Source: Naegleria gruberi
Lineage: Eukaryota
NCBI GenBank assembly: GCA_000004985.1
Contig: GG738848.1
Length of the DNA stretch: 64,000 bases
Direction: 5' to 3' (one strand)
Under the pieces are notes generated by a model that was not told where the DNA came from, made no database searches, and saw only the letters and a program-made list of their open reading frames with translations. The position numbers and the translations under genes are program-made. This document shows, piece by piece, positions 56,401 through 64,000 of this stretch. Every line of letters begins with the position of its first letter. Position 1 is the first letter of the stretch.

Positions 56401-59400
56401 TCCACAATAACAATAACTCTAAAGTTCTTGTGAACAGAACAAATTCTACTGTATGTACCAAGTGAAATACCAACCACTCTATTCTCATCATACTCTATGT
56501 ATTGCAAATTGAACAAGTCGTAGAGACTTTCATATAATTGTTCACAATTTACCAAGACTACTGTTTTACCAGTTGACATGGCATTCTTAATTCTTTGAAT
56601 ATCCATACAAACCTGAAGTTCTTTAGTACTGTTAGGGAAGTTTGGACCAAAGACAACTTCTGCTTTATCATATGCAAGTAATTGTTTAAATTCTGAGAAG
56701 AGAATAGAGAGGGCAGCATTATTCTTTGTGAGTAGCATTAAATGTCTTGCCTTGGTATCGTTCAAATTTTCAGAAATATAATCCAACTTTGACTTCCTAT
56801 TGCTGATAATATTCATACCAACACAGGAGAAGAAGATATTCAAAACTCGAAGGAACTCTTCATTATTTGATCCTCCAAAGTTTCTGGCAAGAGCATCTGT
56901 GAGTAGCTCTGGTGAGAGTGTACCGTCAAAGTTTCTGTTAATAAACTTGACAGTGTGGTAAAAATCTCTCAATCCGAAAAAGTCCTTTCTTTGTTGACCA
57001 TTATATACATCATGGTAAGCCTTGGCCAAAGAATAGAGAGTACTGTCTAAATGCACAGAATTTACAATACCAGACAAGGTAGTTTTGAGTTCAAATGTTG
57101 AAGGTGAAGGTCTGGTCAAATAGACTGCTCTATTGATAAGGTTAGGATCCAATGTCCAGTTAGAAAGACCAATCACAGAGACAGAGCAATCCTCTTCCAA
57201 TTCCTTATTGACAACTTTGAGTGGATGGGAAGAACTATGTTCTAACAAGCCAACCTCGTTCAATAAAACTATGGCAATAGAATTTGGAGAATTCTTCTGA
57301 TATCTCTTGGCAGATTCAAAGCAACTCTTGACGCTCTCAGGTGTGGAAATTTGTGAACATTGATAAGTGAATATTTCAAGAGAAGGCAATGAGCGTAAAA
57401 AACTATTGACACTGGCTGTTCCATTGAGATTAGTGCTCAAAATCTCTAAACTCAATGACTTGGAAGAGCCACTCTTGCCATTGATGAATATTGGAATCCT
57501 ATTCAGTACACAAACAAGGGTCATGAAAATATTTTCTCGCAGAGCATGATTAAGTGCCACTCCCTTTGGAATGTTCAAGTGCATCGTGTAGTATCTTTGT
57601 TCTTCTGTGAGAGTATTGATAAAGTCACCCTTTTGATAGGAAAAGTAGGAAGCAATTTTGCTTCTTGAAGAGGTGAATAAATCTTCCAACTCCTTCACAA
57701 ATTCATCACGCTTGGAACTCAATCTGTGGTAATAACAATGTCCAAGAGAAAGTATGATAGAGTTCTTGATAATAAAGTTTGATTCCTCTAGGAAAAAGGT
57801 AGGATCAATACCATTTCTCTTTGAGAGTGATTGATAAAAGCTCTTGAATAAGTTAATGCAACGTTTAACATCTCTCAGATTCACAGCACTTCTTTCCATA
57901 TAAACCTTTCTAATGAATGATTGAGAGGCAAATATGAGCTCTGTAAAGCAATCAAAGAAGAGTCCAGACTTTCCGATATCCTCAACATTGATTTCCATGA
58001 GTAGAATGGCTCTAATGTATAACTGTTCAATAATAGGATTCAAAGAGCCAAAGTTAAATACATGATCCAAAATAGAGACAGGCATTGGATATACCTTATA
58101 GATAAGACATTGTGAAAAAACTTGAATATCCAAACCTGTGGTTCTTTGGAGGGCTCTAATATTGTCTTTCAAAATATCAGATTTTTGACCAGAGGAACCA
58201 TATTCAATGTCTGTTCCAGCATATCTTCTCAGTCTGTATGGATTACAGGAGGCAACAATCTTCAAATTTCTAGGTAGCACCTTATTATGAACACAATTGT
58301 CACAAATTAATTCTTTAAATAATCCTAAATTATTAGAGGTGTTTACCTTGTCAAAGAAGGCTATAATCTCCTTCTTTGGATTGAGTCTGGCTTCTGCAAT
58401 GAGCGGATTCAACCAATTCAAAATATCATTAGATGTGTGACCTTCATTCACAGCAAATCTCTTCAACTTTATACCAAGAACAGAGCACAAGTATTTGGTT
58501 AGTTCTGATTTACCAACACCACTATCACCACAAAGAATTGTAGGTAAATTGTATTTCATCTTGTGATAAATCATCAATACCTTGCTCAAATTATCTACAG
58601 TGAGAACGTAATTATTGCTGATTTTCTTTTCATTGGTTTCATCCTGTTTCAAGCCAGCAACATTTCTAATAATTTCTTGAGCCCTATCATGAGATAAATC
58701 TCTTGGGGTCTCCAAGTCTATACCATTACATGAAAGAGAGTATTTTAACTCTTCATTAAGTTCGAGCTTGTCAGTATTGATACCAATAAGATCAATTCCT
58801 GTTATTTCATTAATGTTACTTCTATAGAAAACAACTAGAGGATGTTGAGATGCTTGCTCCTCCCACTTGCTTAATCTATGTTCAAACATTTCGACATATT
58901 GGAGAAGTAAAATCTCAGTGTATGGTTTTCCTTCATACTTCTTAGCAAGCGAAATAATAAAGTCCTTTTCAACAGAAATAGCTGTTAAATCCCTTGCTGA
59001 CTTGATCATTAAATCAATCATGGCGTGTTTGAATAATTGCATGCTTCCTTCCATAACACAATTTTTAAAGCAAACATATCTAGAAGTGCTCAAAAATTGC
59101 CCATACAAGAATCGTACAAAATTGTTCACCACAGAGAAGGAGGCATTGTCAGGTTTGAATCCAGTGTACTTGCACAACAGCTTGAAGCAAGCTTTCAGAC
59201 TCAAGTCTGGTGCCTTTACAGGATCAAAATCTGGTACGCTAGGAGCTGCATTCTTGAATACATTCTCCTCGAAGGCTTTCAAAAATTTACAAACATATTG
59301 TACCTTATTATCATCTGTGCACATAATATCAATACTATCATCTTCCATGTTAATAAGTTCATAGTTTACCAATTCCAGACTTGATTCATCTGTAGTTATT

Positions 59401-62400
59401 TCTTCAATTGGCAAAGCAGTGCAAAAGTAAACAAATTCACTCAAAATTGGCACACAAAGACTATTTGGAATCTCGATATAGAATTGGATATTTGGAACAA
59501 TATGGAAAACACTTGCAGTTTCTCTGTCTCTAACACAACCAAGATAGAACAATTCAAATAACAAGGAATTCATGTGCTTTGGTATTATGTTACAGAGAGC
59601 AAGATGGAAAGCAATTTCTTTTCCTTGATTTTGATTTGTTGTTTTCCAGAGTAGGCCAACTATTTCTTTCACTGTTGAATCTTCTAATACAGTTACTCTA
59701 CTGTATTTCTTCTTATTCAAATAGATATCCTTCAGGATAAATCTAGACTTTCCTGCACCAGTTCTATTGGAGGTAACACATTTGACATTGGATCCTTGGT
59801 ATGATTTCATTATATTTACAATATACTTCTTTGGAAGAGTTTTGAAGGACTTGTCAACATAGTTTGAAAATTCCAACAAGAGACGAGCATTGTTGTTATC
59901 TGAACCACCAATAAGAACTAGTTTTCCAGTATTTTCCTTTTTAGAGAGGGATGAAAGAATTTCCTGTATCTTGAGAAGCATTTTAGATTGAACAATGTAT
60001 GGAAGTTCTTGAATATTGGCAATGCAATACATGTTATCACGCTTTTCTTTCACCTTGGAGTTTAACCATCTATTCAAAATCAACTCGATATCCTCCATAT
60101 CAGTGCTAAAAGAGTTGCACAGCAAAACTTCCTCACTCAAAGGAAGTCTTCCACGTAGTGAGTATAAGGAAATGATAGCATCCATAACTTCCTTCTCCTT
60201 TTGAAGTTTGATAATCTTGAAAACTCCATCAAATGTATTTAACGAATATTTAGATTGGACATTGGTTGGCAATTCATACTGCGATTTTCTATAAGAATTT
60301 TCTCTTCTAGAAAAGATGCTTTCAATAAAGGAGCATAACTTTCTCATCTTCTCTTCAGCTGCACAATCGGTAACAAAGTCCAAATTGAGAACGGTAATGC
60401 AGTTTTCAATGTCAGACAGCTCTAGGTTATGATCACCAAGTTTAAGAATGGATAACAAATCATAGATGGATGATCTCTCAGAATCTTGTTGATATTTCTT
60501 AAGTAATTCGTAGACTCTCAAAGATTCCTTTGCTCTAAAAAGATTCATATAGTAATTTCCATTCCTCGAGTTCTCTGTTATCTTCTTCCATTTTTCTAAT
60601 TTTTCTAGTAATTCAGCATGATACTTTTGAATATATTCAGGAGAACACTCTGAAGCTCTTATGGCCTTGAAGTAGTTTTCTTGGAATTCAAAGTGAGCTT
60701 GTTTGCATAAATCCAGCAAGGATGCCTTGATATCCAACATTAGAGTAATACATCTTACAAAAAGATTAATCCTAGAATTAACATCATCCAACGTTTTGAT
60801 ATTGTCTGGTATTTCGCTCAACATTAACTTATTTCTCAACTCTACAAGTCCATCAATAGTCATAACCTGTTGTTGTAAACTTAATCTTCTTATTTGGGAG
60901 GTATTCATAATTGGATGTGATGGCATAATCTTACATAGAATGACACTAGGATCAGCCAAATTAAATTCATACTGTCCTCTTTCTGTAATAGCTGCAAGAT
61001 CGTAGAGAGCCTGAACACCTCCACTTCTTGTTTTCTCTTCAAACATGCTGAGGAGAAGTGTGAAATTCTTCTTCAAGTTACTCAACTGAGACAAGTCATC
61101 ATTACTAATTTCCAACTTGGTCATTGAATTCTTAAAATTTTCCAAGCTAATAAAATTAATATTTGCATGGTCAACTTGATTCGAATAGATAAAGTCAGAA
61201 ATACAATCCCTGACAACCACCAAACTTTTCAAGGATTGTAAAATCTTTACCGAGTCAGTATAACTCTTACAAATCTCTACAAGGTTATCAAATTCAGAAT
61301 TGGATTTGTAATTTAATAGCCAGTCTATAATAGAAAATCCTGTACTATCACATAGTAATTTCATGAAGGAAAGTTGATTATCGTTAAATCCTTTAAAAAA
61401 TCTAGTAAACAAGAGTAGGTTAAAGTTACTCTTTTGGTCTTCAAACATTGCCAATGTTTGGCTTTCAAGCATACTTTGTTGATTGAGAGTGTTGGACTCT
61501 TTCTTTAATTGAATATAATCAGTGTCTTTCTTTAAATCAATAGTAAAGTACGGCTCAAAATGTTCAACTAATAAGAGAAGAGAAGGTAAATAGGATCTAT
61601 AGAGATTAATCTTTTCGAAGCTATTGATAATATTCAACCTCTTGGATACCCATTCAAGATCTTCCTTGTTAGGAGTTCTATCTGACGATTTTCCATTAAA
61701 GGTCATTCTCACACTCAGCAACTCTTCTTGATATTGGACATTAGTGCTGGATAGTAAACTGTCAACTCTATTCTCATATCTACACTTTCTCAGGATTGAA
61801 TAAAACTCGTTCAATTTGATTGAGAGAGAATCGATTGACTTGTAAAATCCCAGCCACTTATTCTTTACATCTGGAACCAACTTATTCTTGATAGAATCGA
61901 TGGTGTGTTTTTCATTATTGGAAGCTTTTGTGTAGAGATCCCTCCACAAAACAAGGAAAAACTCTGAGGTTCTCAACTCGTAGAAGAAAGCCAACTCTTC
62001 AAATCCAAATGGAATGAGCTCGGATACTTGCTTTTGAATCTTTTTAAATACCATTTCTCCCATATTTCTTCTAATTTTGATGATGGTATCTAACACTAGA
62101 CTAGTATCAAAAAAGTTTGGATCATCAGCAAACATGGTCAAGAAATTCTGGGCTGCATCAAGAGTAGTCTTGAAAGAAAGCAACTCTTGTCTCAATTGTT
62201 TTACATGAGATTCATTGAATCCAACATCTCCCATCAAGTATACCAATTTCATGAACTGAGCTTCGTGTTTCAAGACCATGTGAAGAGTTGATATGGTGCA
62301 TGTCTTGTCCAATAATTGGAACACAAGTTTGAAGTAAATGTCCATCAGGGCGGAAACTTCTGTTTGGATCTTGGTAAAGTTCTCATTGCCCGAATTCTTT

Positions 62401-63965
62401 TCAGTATTCTTGATAAACTTGAAAAAGTGGTAGCACAGAGGATTTTTAACGATGGTCTCATAGCTTTGTTGTAAGTTAGAAGACAATAGCAATGTCTTTA
62501 GGAAAACCAAACTAATGTCCTCATCTACAACATGAGTAATAATCTCGAACAGTAGGACGGCCTCCTTGCTGGTTGCACTCTGAGTGATGAATTGGCAACA
62601 CTTATCAATAATGTAACTCTTCAGAGTGTTGGAAAACATGCTTCCCTTGAATCTTCCCATAAATTCTATATATTCAAAAGCAGAGAGGGAAACAAAGAAT
62701 GGTGTCAACATTAATTCGTCAAGCAAGACATGTACATATTCCTTCAAAAAGTTTAACTTGACCAATCTATCAATAAAGAGTAGGAAATTCTCTAACTTCA
62801 TTGTGTTCTGTTGACTTTGAAGAAGGAACAAGAGTGAGGTGGAATTTCTTTTTGATTGGCTGCTGGTGACTTCTTTAGAATCACTTGACTCCACAATTCT
62901 GATGTTGTGGGTAAAGATGTGAATGAGCCAACGTTTTGTTCCATCAAATAATCTGAAGTATCCTTGGATTGAATTGGCTTGATTGATGTTCATTTGAATA
63001 TTTTCTAATAGATTGGCAATCTCATTCAAATCATTTTCGGTATTGATTTCTGCAACCACTGGAGATTGAATCATACAATAAATAATCTCTTCATTTGGGA
63101 GCAAGTTACACATTTGAAATATGGTATCCAAGTCTCTTCTAGTGTTAACCAAATCTGAATTAAAGCTCTGAAGTTGATACCTGTTATTGAGTTCCTTGAT
63201 CTTTTTCTTTAAACATTGAAAAACTGTTGATCTGATCTTTTGTGAATTGTCATGATAAATTAATGAATGGTCCTTCATCTTCTTTATCAATGCCAAGAGA
63301 GATTGGAAGCTTGGAGCATTTGAAATTAATCTTTGAATATCTAGAGAAATTTTCTTTTCCTTCTCTGAATTAAAAATTTCCTTCTCAAAAACTTCATTCA
63401 TTTGCTCAATATTTTCACAACTTGTATAGTCAATCATGTTTTCAGAGGAATTCTTTTCAGAGCTGAATAATTCTTCGTCAGATGAAGAGTTTGAATCAGA
63501 TGTTACAACATCTTCCTCTAGAATAGGTTTTGATTTGACTTTTGGAAGTTGTTTTGGAGAAGCTGTAATCATTCTATCCCTTGAACGAGCATCCTTCTCA
63601 GAGGGAGAACTTGGTGGAGTATTTGGCGATTGATATCCAGTCGTGTTATTATTGTTATTGGAAGGAAATGGATGAAATTGATTTCCAGCCACTGTAGTTG
63701 GTGTATTAGATCCAAAATATCCACTATAATCCTCCATAGATGTACTAGTTGTGTTGGTAGAGATGGATCCAGTTGTGGAAATTTCAATTTCCTCCTCACT
63801 TGTTGTGTAAATAAATGGAATATTCATATCTAGGTTATGAGTGAAAGAACCCTTAAATGATCCACTACTACTCGTTGATGAGAACATTTTGATTGGAAGT
63901 GTCGATTGTTGATGGCCACTGTGCAATAAGCTGTCTCCAAAAATACCCTCTCCACTGTGTTGCAT
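50424..63965 (-). CDS. RNF213-like giant AAA+ ATPase with C-terminal RZ-type zinc finger (at least 4513 aa, single exon, 5' end probably beyond window)
   Basis: 13.5-kb uninterrupted ORF, TAA stop at 50424. ATG at 63965, but the frame stays open upstream to the window edge. S/T/N-rich disordered N-terminus. At least three Walker-A modules (SNRTGAGKSRF, CGDSGVGKSELT, INGKSGSSKSLS) in a dynein-like AAA core. About 600 aa from the C-terminus: YKCANNHVYVVDSCGYPTEFAMCPECGLPIGGFDHVPHF, the RZ-finger signature shared by RNF213/ZNFX1. No RING finger found by eye. Confidence 0.8.
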   Translation of the reverse strand: MQHSGEGIFGDSLLHSGHQQSTLPIKMFSSTSSSGSFKGSFTHNLDMNIPFIYTTSEEEIEISTTGSISTNTTSTSMEDYSGYFGSNTPTTVAGNQFHPFPSNNNNNTTGYQSPNTPPSSPSEKDARSRDRMITASPKQLPKVKSKPILEEDVVTSDSNSSSDEELFSSEKNSSENMIDYTSCENIEQMNEVFEKEIFNSEKEKKISLDIQRLISNAPSFQSLLALIKKMKDHSLIYHDNSQKIRSTVFQCLKKKIKELNNRYQLQSFNSDLVNTRRDLDTIFQMCNLLPNEEIIYCMIQSPVVAEINTENDLNEIANLLENIQMNINQANSIQGYFRLFDGTKRWLIHIFTHNIRIVESSDSKEVTSSQSKRNSTSLLFLLQSQQNTMKLENFLLFIDRLVKLNFLKEYVHVLLDELMLTPFFVSLSAFEYIEFMGRFKGSMFSNTLKSYIIDKCCQFITQSATSKEAVLLFEIITHVVDEDISLVFLKTLLLSSNLQQSYETIVKNPLCYHFFKFIKNTEKNSGNENFTKIQTEVSALMDIYFKLVFQLLDKTCTISTLHMVLKHEAQFMKLVYLMGDVGFNESHVKQLRQELLSFKTTLDAAQNFLTMFADDPNFFDTSLVLDTIIKIRRNMGEMVFKKIQKQVSELIPFGFEELAFFYELRTSEFFLVLWRDLYTKASNNEKHTIDSIKNKLVPDVKNKWLGFYKSIDSLSIKLNEFYSILRKCRYENRVDSLLSSTNVQYQEELLSVRMTFNGKSSDRTPNKEDLEWVSKRLNIINSFEKINLYRSYLPSLLLLVEHFEPYFTIDLKKDTDYIQLKKESNTLNQQSMLESQTLAMFEDQKSNFNLLLFTRFFKGFNDNQLSFMKLLCDSTGFSIIDWLLNYKSNSEFDNLVEICKSYTDSVKILQSLKSLVVVRDCISDFIYSNQVDHANINFISLENFKNSMTKLEISNDDLSQLSNLKKNFTLLLSMFEEKTRSGGVQALYDLAAITERGQYEFNLADPSVILCKIMPSHPIMNTSQIRRLSLQQQVMTIDGLVELRNKLMLSEIPDNIKTLDDVNSRINLFVRCITLMLDIKASLLDLCKQAHFEFQENYFKAIRASECSPEYIQKYHAELLEKLEKWKKITENSRNGNYYMNLFRAKESLRVYELLKKYQQDSERSSIYDLLSILKLGDHNLELSDIENCITVLNLDFVTDCAAEEKMRKLCSFIESIFSRRENSYRKSQYELPTNVQSKYSLNTFDGVFKIIKLQKEKEVMDAIISLYSLRGRLPLSEEVLLCNSFSTDMEDIELILNRWLNSKVKEKRDNMYCIANIQELPYIVQSKMLLKIQEILSSLSKKENTGKLVLIGGSDNNNARLLLEFSNYVDKSFKTLPKKYIVNIMKSYQGSNVKCVTSNRTGAGKSRFILKDIYLNKKKYSRVTVLEDSTVKEIVGLLWKTTNQNQGKEIAFHLALCNIIPKHMNSLLFELFYLGCVRDRETASVFHIVPNIQFYIEIPNSLCVPILSEFVYFCTALPIEEITTDESSLELVNYELINMEDDSIDIMCTDDNKVQYVCKFLKAFEENVFKNAAPSVPDFDPVKAPDLSLKACFKLLCKYTGFKPDNASFSVVNNFVRFLYGQFLSTSRYVCFKNCVMEGSMQLFKHAMIDLMIKSARDLTAISVEKDFIISLAKKYEGKPYTEILLLQYVEMFEHRLSKWEEQASQHPLVVFYRSNINEITGIDLIGINTDKLELNEELKYSLSCNGIDLETPRDLSHDRAQEIIRNVAGLKQDETNEKKISNNYVLTVDNLSKVLMIYHKMKYNLPTILCGDSGVGKSELTKYLCSVLGIKLKRFAVNEGHTSNDILNWLNPLIAEARLNPKKEIIAFFDKVNTSNNLGLFKELICDNCVHNKVLPRNLKIVASCNPYRLRRYAGTDIEYGSSGQKSDILKDNIRALQRTTGLDIQVFSQCLIYKVYPMPVSILDHVFNFGSLNPIIEQLYIRAILLMEINVEDIGKSGLFFDCFTELIFASQSFIRKVYMERSAVNLRDVKRCINLFKSFYQSLSKRNGIDPTFFLEESNFIIKNSIILSLGHCYYHRLSSKRDEFVKELEDLFTSSRSKIASYFSYQKGDFINTLTEEQRYYTMHLNIPKGVALNHALRENIFMTLVCVLNRIPIFINGKSGSSKSLSLEILSTNLNGTASVNSFLRSLPSLEIFTYQCSQISTPESVKSCFESAKRYQKNSPNSIAIVLLNEVGLLEHSSSHPLKVVNKELEEDCSVSVIGLSNWTLDPNLINRAVYLTRPSPSTFELKTTLSGIVNSVHLDSTLYSLAKAYHDVYNGQQRKDFFGLRDFYHTVKFINRNFDGTLSPELLTDALARNFGGSNNEEFLRVLNIFFSCVGMNIISNRKSKLDYISENLNDTKARHLMLLTKNNAALSILFSEFKQLLAYDKAEVVFGPNFPNSTKELQVCMDIQRIKNAMSTGKTVVLVNCEQLYESLYDLFNLQYIEYDENRVVGISLGTYSRICSVHKNFRVIVIVDQDDAYSRLAKPLLNRFEKQTLHRDDLFDKSASVNVKNLCSRLQSWVKTTFGDDEKPFVNTHKSLLQSLVLSLDTKQIEDPSLHDYLLDICKNALLWITTADAVVRMSSINNSRTREYLKTYFEKQEHRDLPHLLHFLLGSLQEQSQNGLSSNSLIYYGYFQLCLLTYSSVSINIDNLIQASREIGASIEYHSVVSMAELKSEMELIELVKQFFGKKITSANGQHLLVLQCENMNLDLLNQTKFIIQKHRKCISPSESVGKNILLLINVVPGKSINSQHLIEFDIPWKFAFIDEIRPTETTIYEILNRPFTEQIQTTNVRQVIKSNFRTSLAMLRKFNTKINDITLLISRTNELIDSDECWKVINKKVLEICHDYFSQNQINFYSTYVANHINEYFLVVNTYHSAIQYCVERILIKSFTFLLAEIDRNDNLRLFFEYKSTNRTEGTNLWIKLLDDLKRPSVNHMLTRNEQTISSMAELLRWKPIEVKSDGNNNRIFQARYPFSYEVCRNLHSWRSVCESSRLGVYEALQKHIDMIYPFMNNLPREYSEFFLYDYMCICGVQCTVLTNEVQYEIIKKMLDADPSEGSNIAKILSFYWRQERRLQSYYVLFETFPKSVLQRKFLQKLLVPSLRISSIEEIDMLLFSVIYHNLDPRNIETSHDITVANQRRNIWVKTLTDIKSPVEVLITLIHSTTINLTGGPRSSMLKNIGYIHEKWQKLQFYKEYLQEIAIPLGIVREISMILWQNMKTKSLSSQSSLDLILYFLDLVNKIGDNIQNDKTNQSDESRKKTNITRFFEMFTAKFLVRRIGKEDDIEKPLVGALMGLIKGENEKFNQLMKQATQNLKVSILKKLLLNKNTKPLVNEELKEIFKVELSPKTESLDQSTLISYLSIYESVLQNIPEEQLSKLLESVSDNFVDVASWKDIIKDVHLLAAIRCAMSTFSKRLILVVERGDSIRDFISSSPIARQLLSLFERPNFSFLKMVLLRLVVERKGRVFLLKTFRSRASPQFPWVSSLLQGFKYTDNIPQNVLMHVLNGLEELASCVDMIMSLRQQGDYNSKTESIIKLKASLEAIINTGQQIDIHSLKKLCYLAVVDKCYLSYCSENSNKDKFTKILTSEDEVNTQSCPIDITKLKNFLLKHVLRDDKEVHMTIKFASNAFNEDSFFFLNENTTLENLTLVHVIHHICSVALSNYVTDQFWWLLLFDPSSLKDKYLPSVTDDARTQVINTIDNGTVSWYKCANNHVYVVDSCGYPTEFAMCPECGLPIGGFDHVPHFSNDKIKQDEDIAPTGYAVYEHFKERDLAATVREISPVSFRIIRLIIHSLLLVGNSIFPEREEEYRQVFHKTMSSVDNLNEFLLGHIKNDWSILCELLGGQNEEKASVLLFNILEFFSYSSKQLETKKRTNPKLPYTSRDISTKAGRSGWETHFNGCVTMITENAAKKYQLYYKQLDSIQKKGNDVITNILLFSSAGAPQELKQPILPLSDPISQIWNIKPPITYDQFKSYFIADKAERKYPILSLFIRNEHLLYPTRYIPHVVKWQKLVTNTFSRRIDRHYARTRTVRDVFSEFMSSLSLSPIHFQLGAEKASIEKIFDGWAKSFNHSWKYIERYQCLPLPAWCKNVSMSKDTPLSFSIPDEQDEGICALALIQFLVDKHNDIIDRAGKLLNKTSTESSPIEISSRFISKHHLVSFNIEEEVMPVITDSELDQDTNKQNSYKFDYQRVEQFIVNKYLSGKPKIKLELENFTFLNETRYSSGFGQVGGPVSELKSKIKQVELPTDMKQAIVSELRGGETSLDLFQSCIRQIEECISFLQAISGSNNLEEVEKMSIIDYLQNILLVDPKVTKQTLAKSYTIIVHVKLCHLVSLWSLLENELSPGASIESSSIANKYKKVLPAELVQKLDEFKNILSPDDCSMLVSSMKELLLSYFTSETLDSEIPLKQMLEITPAIGAKSQEGNKLGDYEWLLQLSDEFKTCHLFEVYRHLSMQISSNK

Positions 63966-64000
63966 TCCCTGTGATGATGTTGGGAATATAAATCCACTAT

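Noticed and set aside
1-64000. CRISPR arrays, operons and bacterial-type defence systems
   Set aside because: The sequence is clearly eukaryotic (spliceosomal introns, 5S with Pol III terminator, eukaryotic protein families). No direct-repeat/spacer arrays are present.

Overview
This is eukaryotic nuclear DNA, AT-rich (roughly one-third GC by eye), gene-dense and intron-poor. Spliceosomal introns are mostly tiny (43-72 nt, donors GTAAGT/GTGAGT/GTAGGT/GTATGT), with a few longer ones (126-442 nt). Start codons sit in an A-rich context (aaaaaaaATG), TAA is the usual stop, and proteins carry N/Q/T homopolymer runs. I cannot name the organism. The polytopic PAS-cyclase, F-box/small-GTPase/RhoGEF richness and tiny introns resemble free-living amoeboid protists or early-diverging fungi. 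The ORF track uses TTG/GTG as well as ATG as 'M', so I re-derived true ATG starts where I could. Coordinates I derived by hand (splice sites, repeats, 5S) may be off by 1-2 nt. About 30 genes are present. The main ones are: a cytochrome P450; a large polytopic PAS + class III nucleotidyl cyclase (3 exons); an NB-ARC (P-loop...MHD) + TPR STAND NTPase (NLR-like, 2 exons, C-terminal CaaX); methylmalonate-semialdehyde dehydrogenase; an apparently intact Harbinger/PIF DNA transposon (17-bp TIRs, AAT TSD, DDE transposase plus second ORF); an EF-hand protein; a DH-PH RhoGEF; a 1708-aa DDX60-like Ski2-type DExH helicase; an F-box/LRR protein; an F-box fused to a degenerate Rab-like GTPase; a Ras GTPase interrupted by a 173-N assembly gap; a divergent pair of paralogous 4-TM proteins; a DNase I-like gene that looks disabled (in-frame TAG plus frameshift); ubiquilin; a dispersed 5S rRNA gene; a catalytically dead-looking glutathione-peroxidase homologue; two metallophosphoesterases, one of them TMPPE-like with five exons and 43-59-nt introns; DUF4116, SPRY and PQ-loop proteins; and a giant intronless RNF213-like protein (>4513 aa, AAA+ modules plus RZ finger) that runs off the window edge. 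The candidate novel system is the co-location of three normally innate-immunity-associated machines (NLR-like STAND NTPase, DDX60-like helicase, RNF213-like giant E3/AAA+) in one 64-kb neighbourhood of a non-animal-looking genome.
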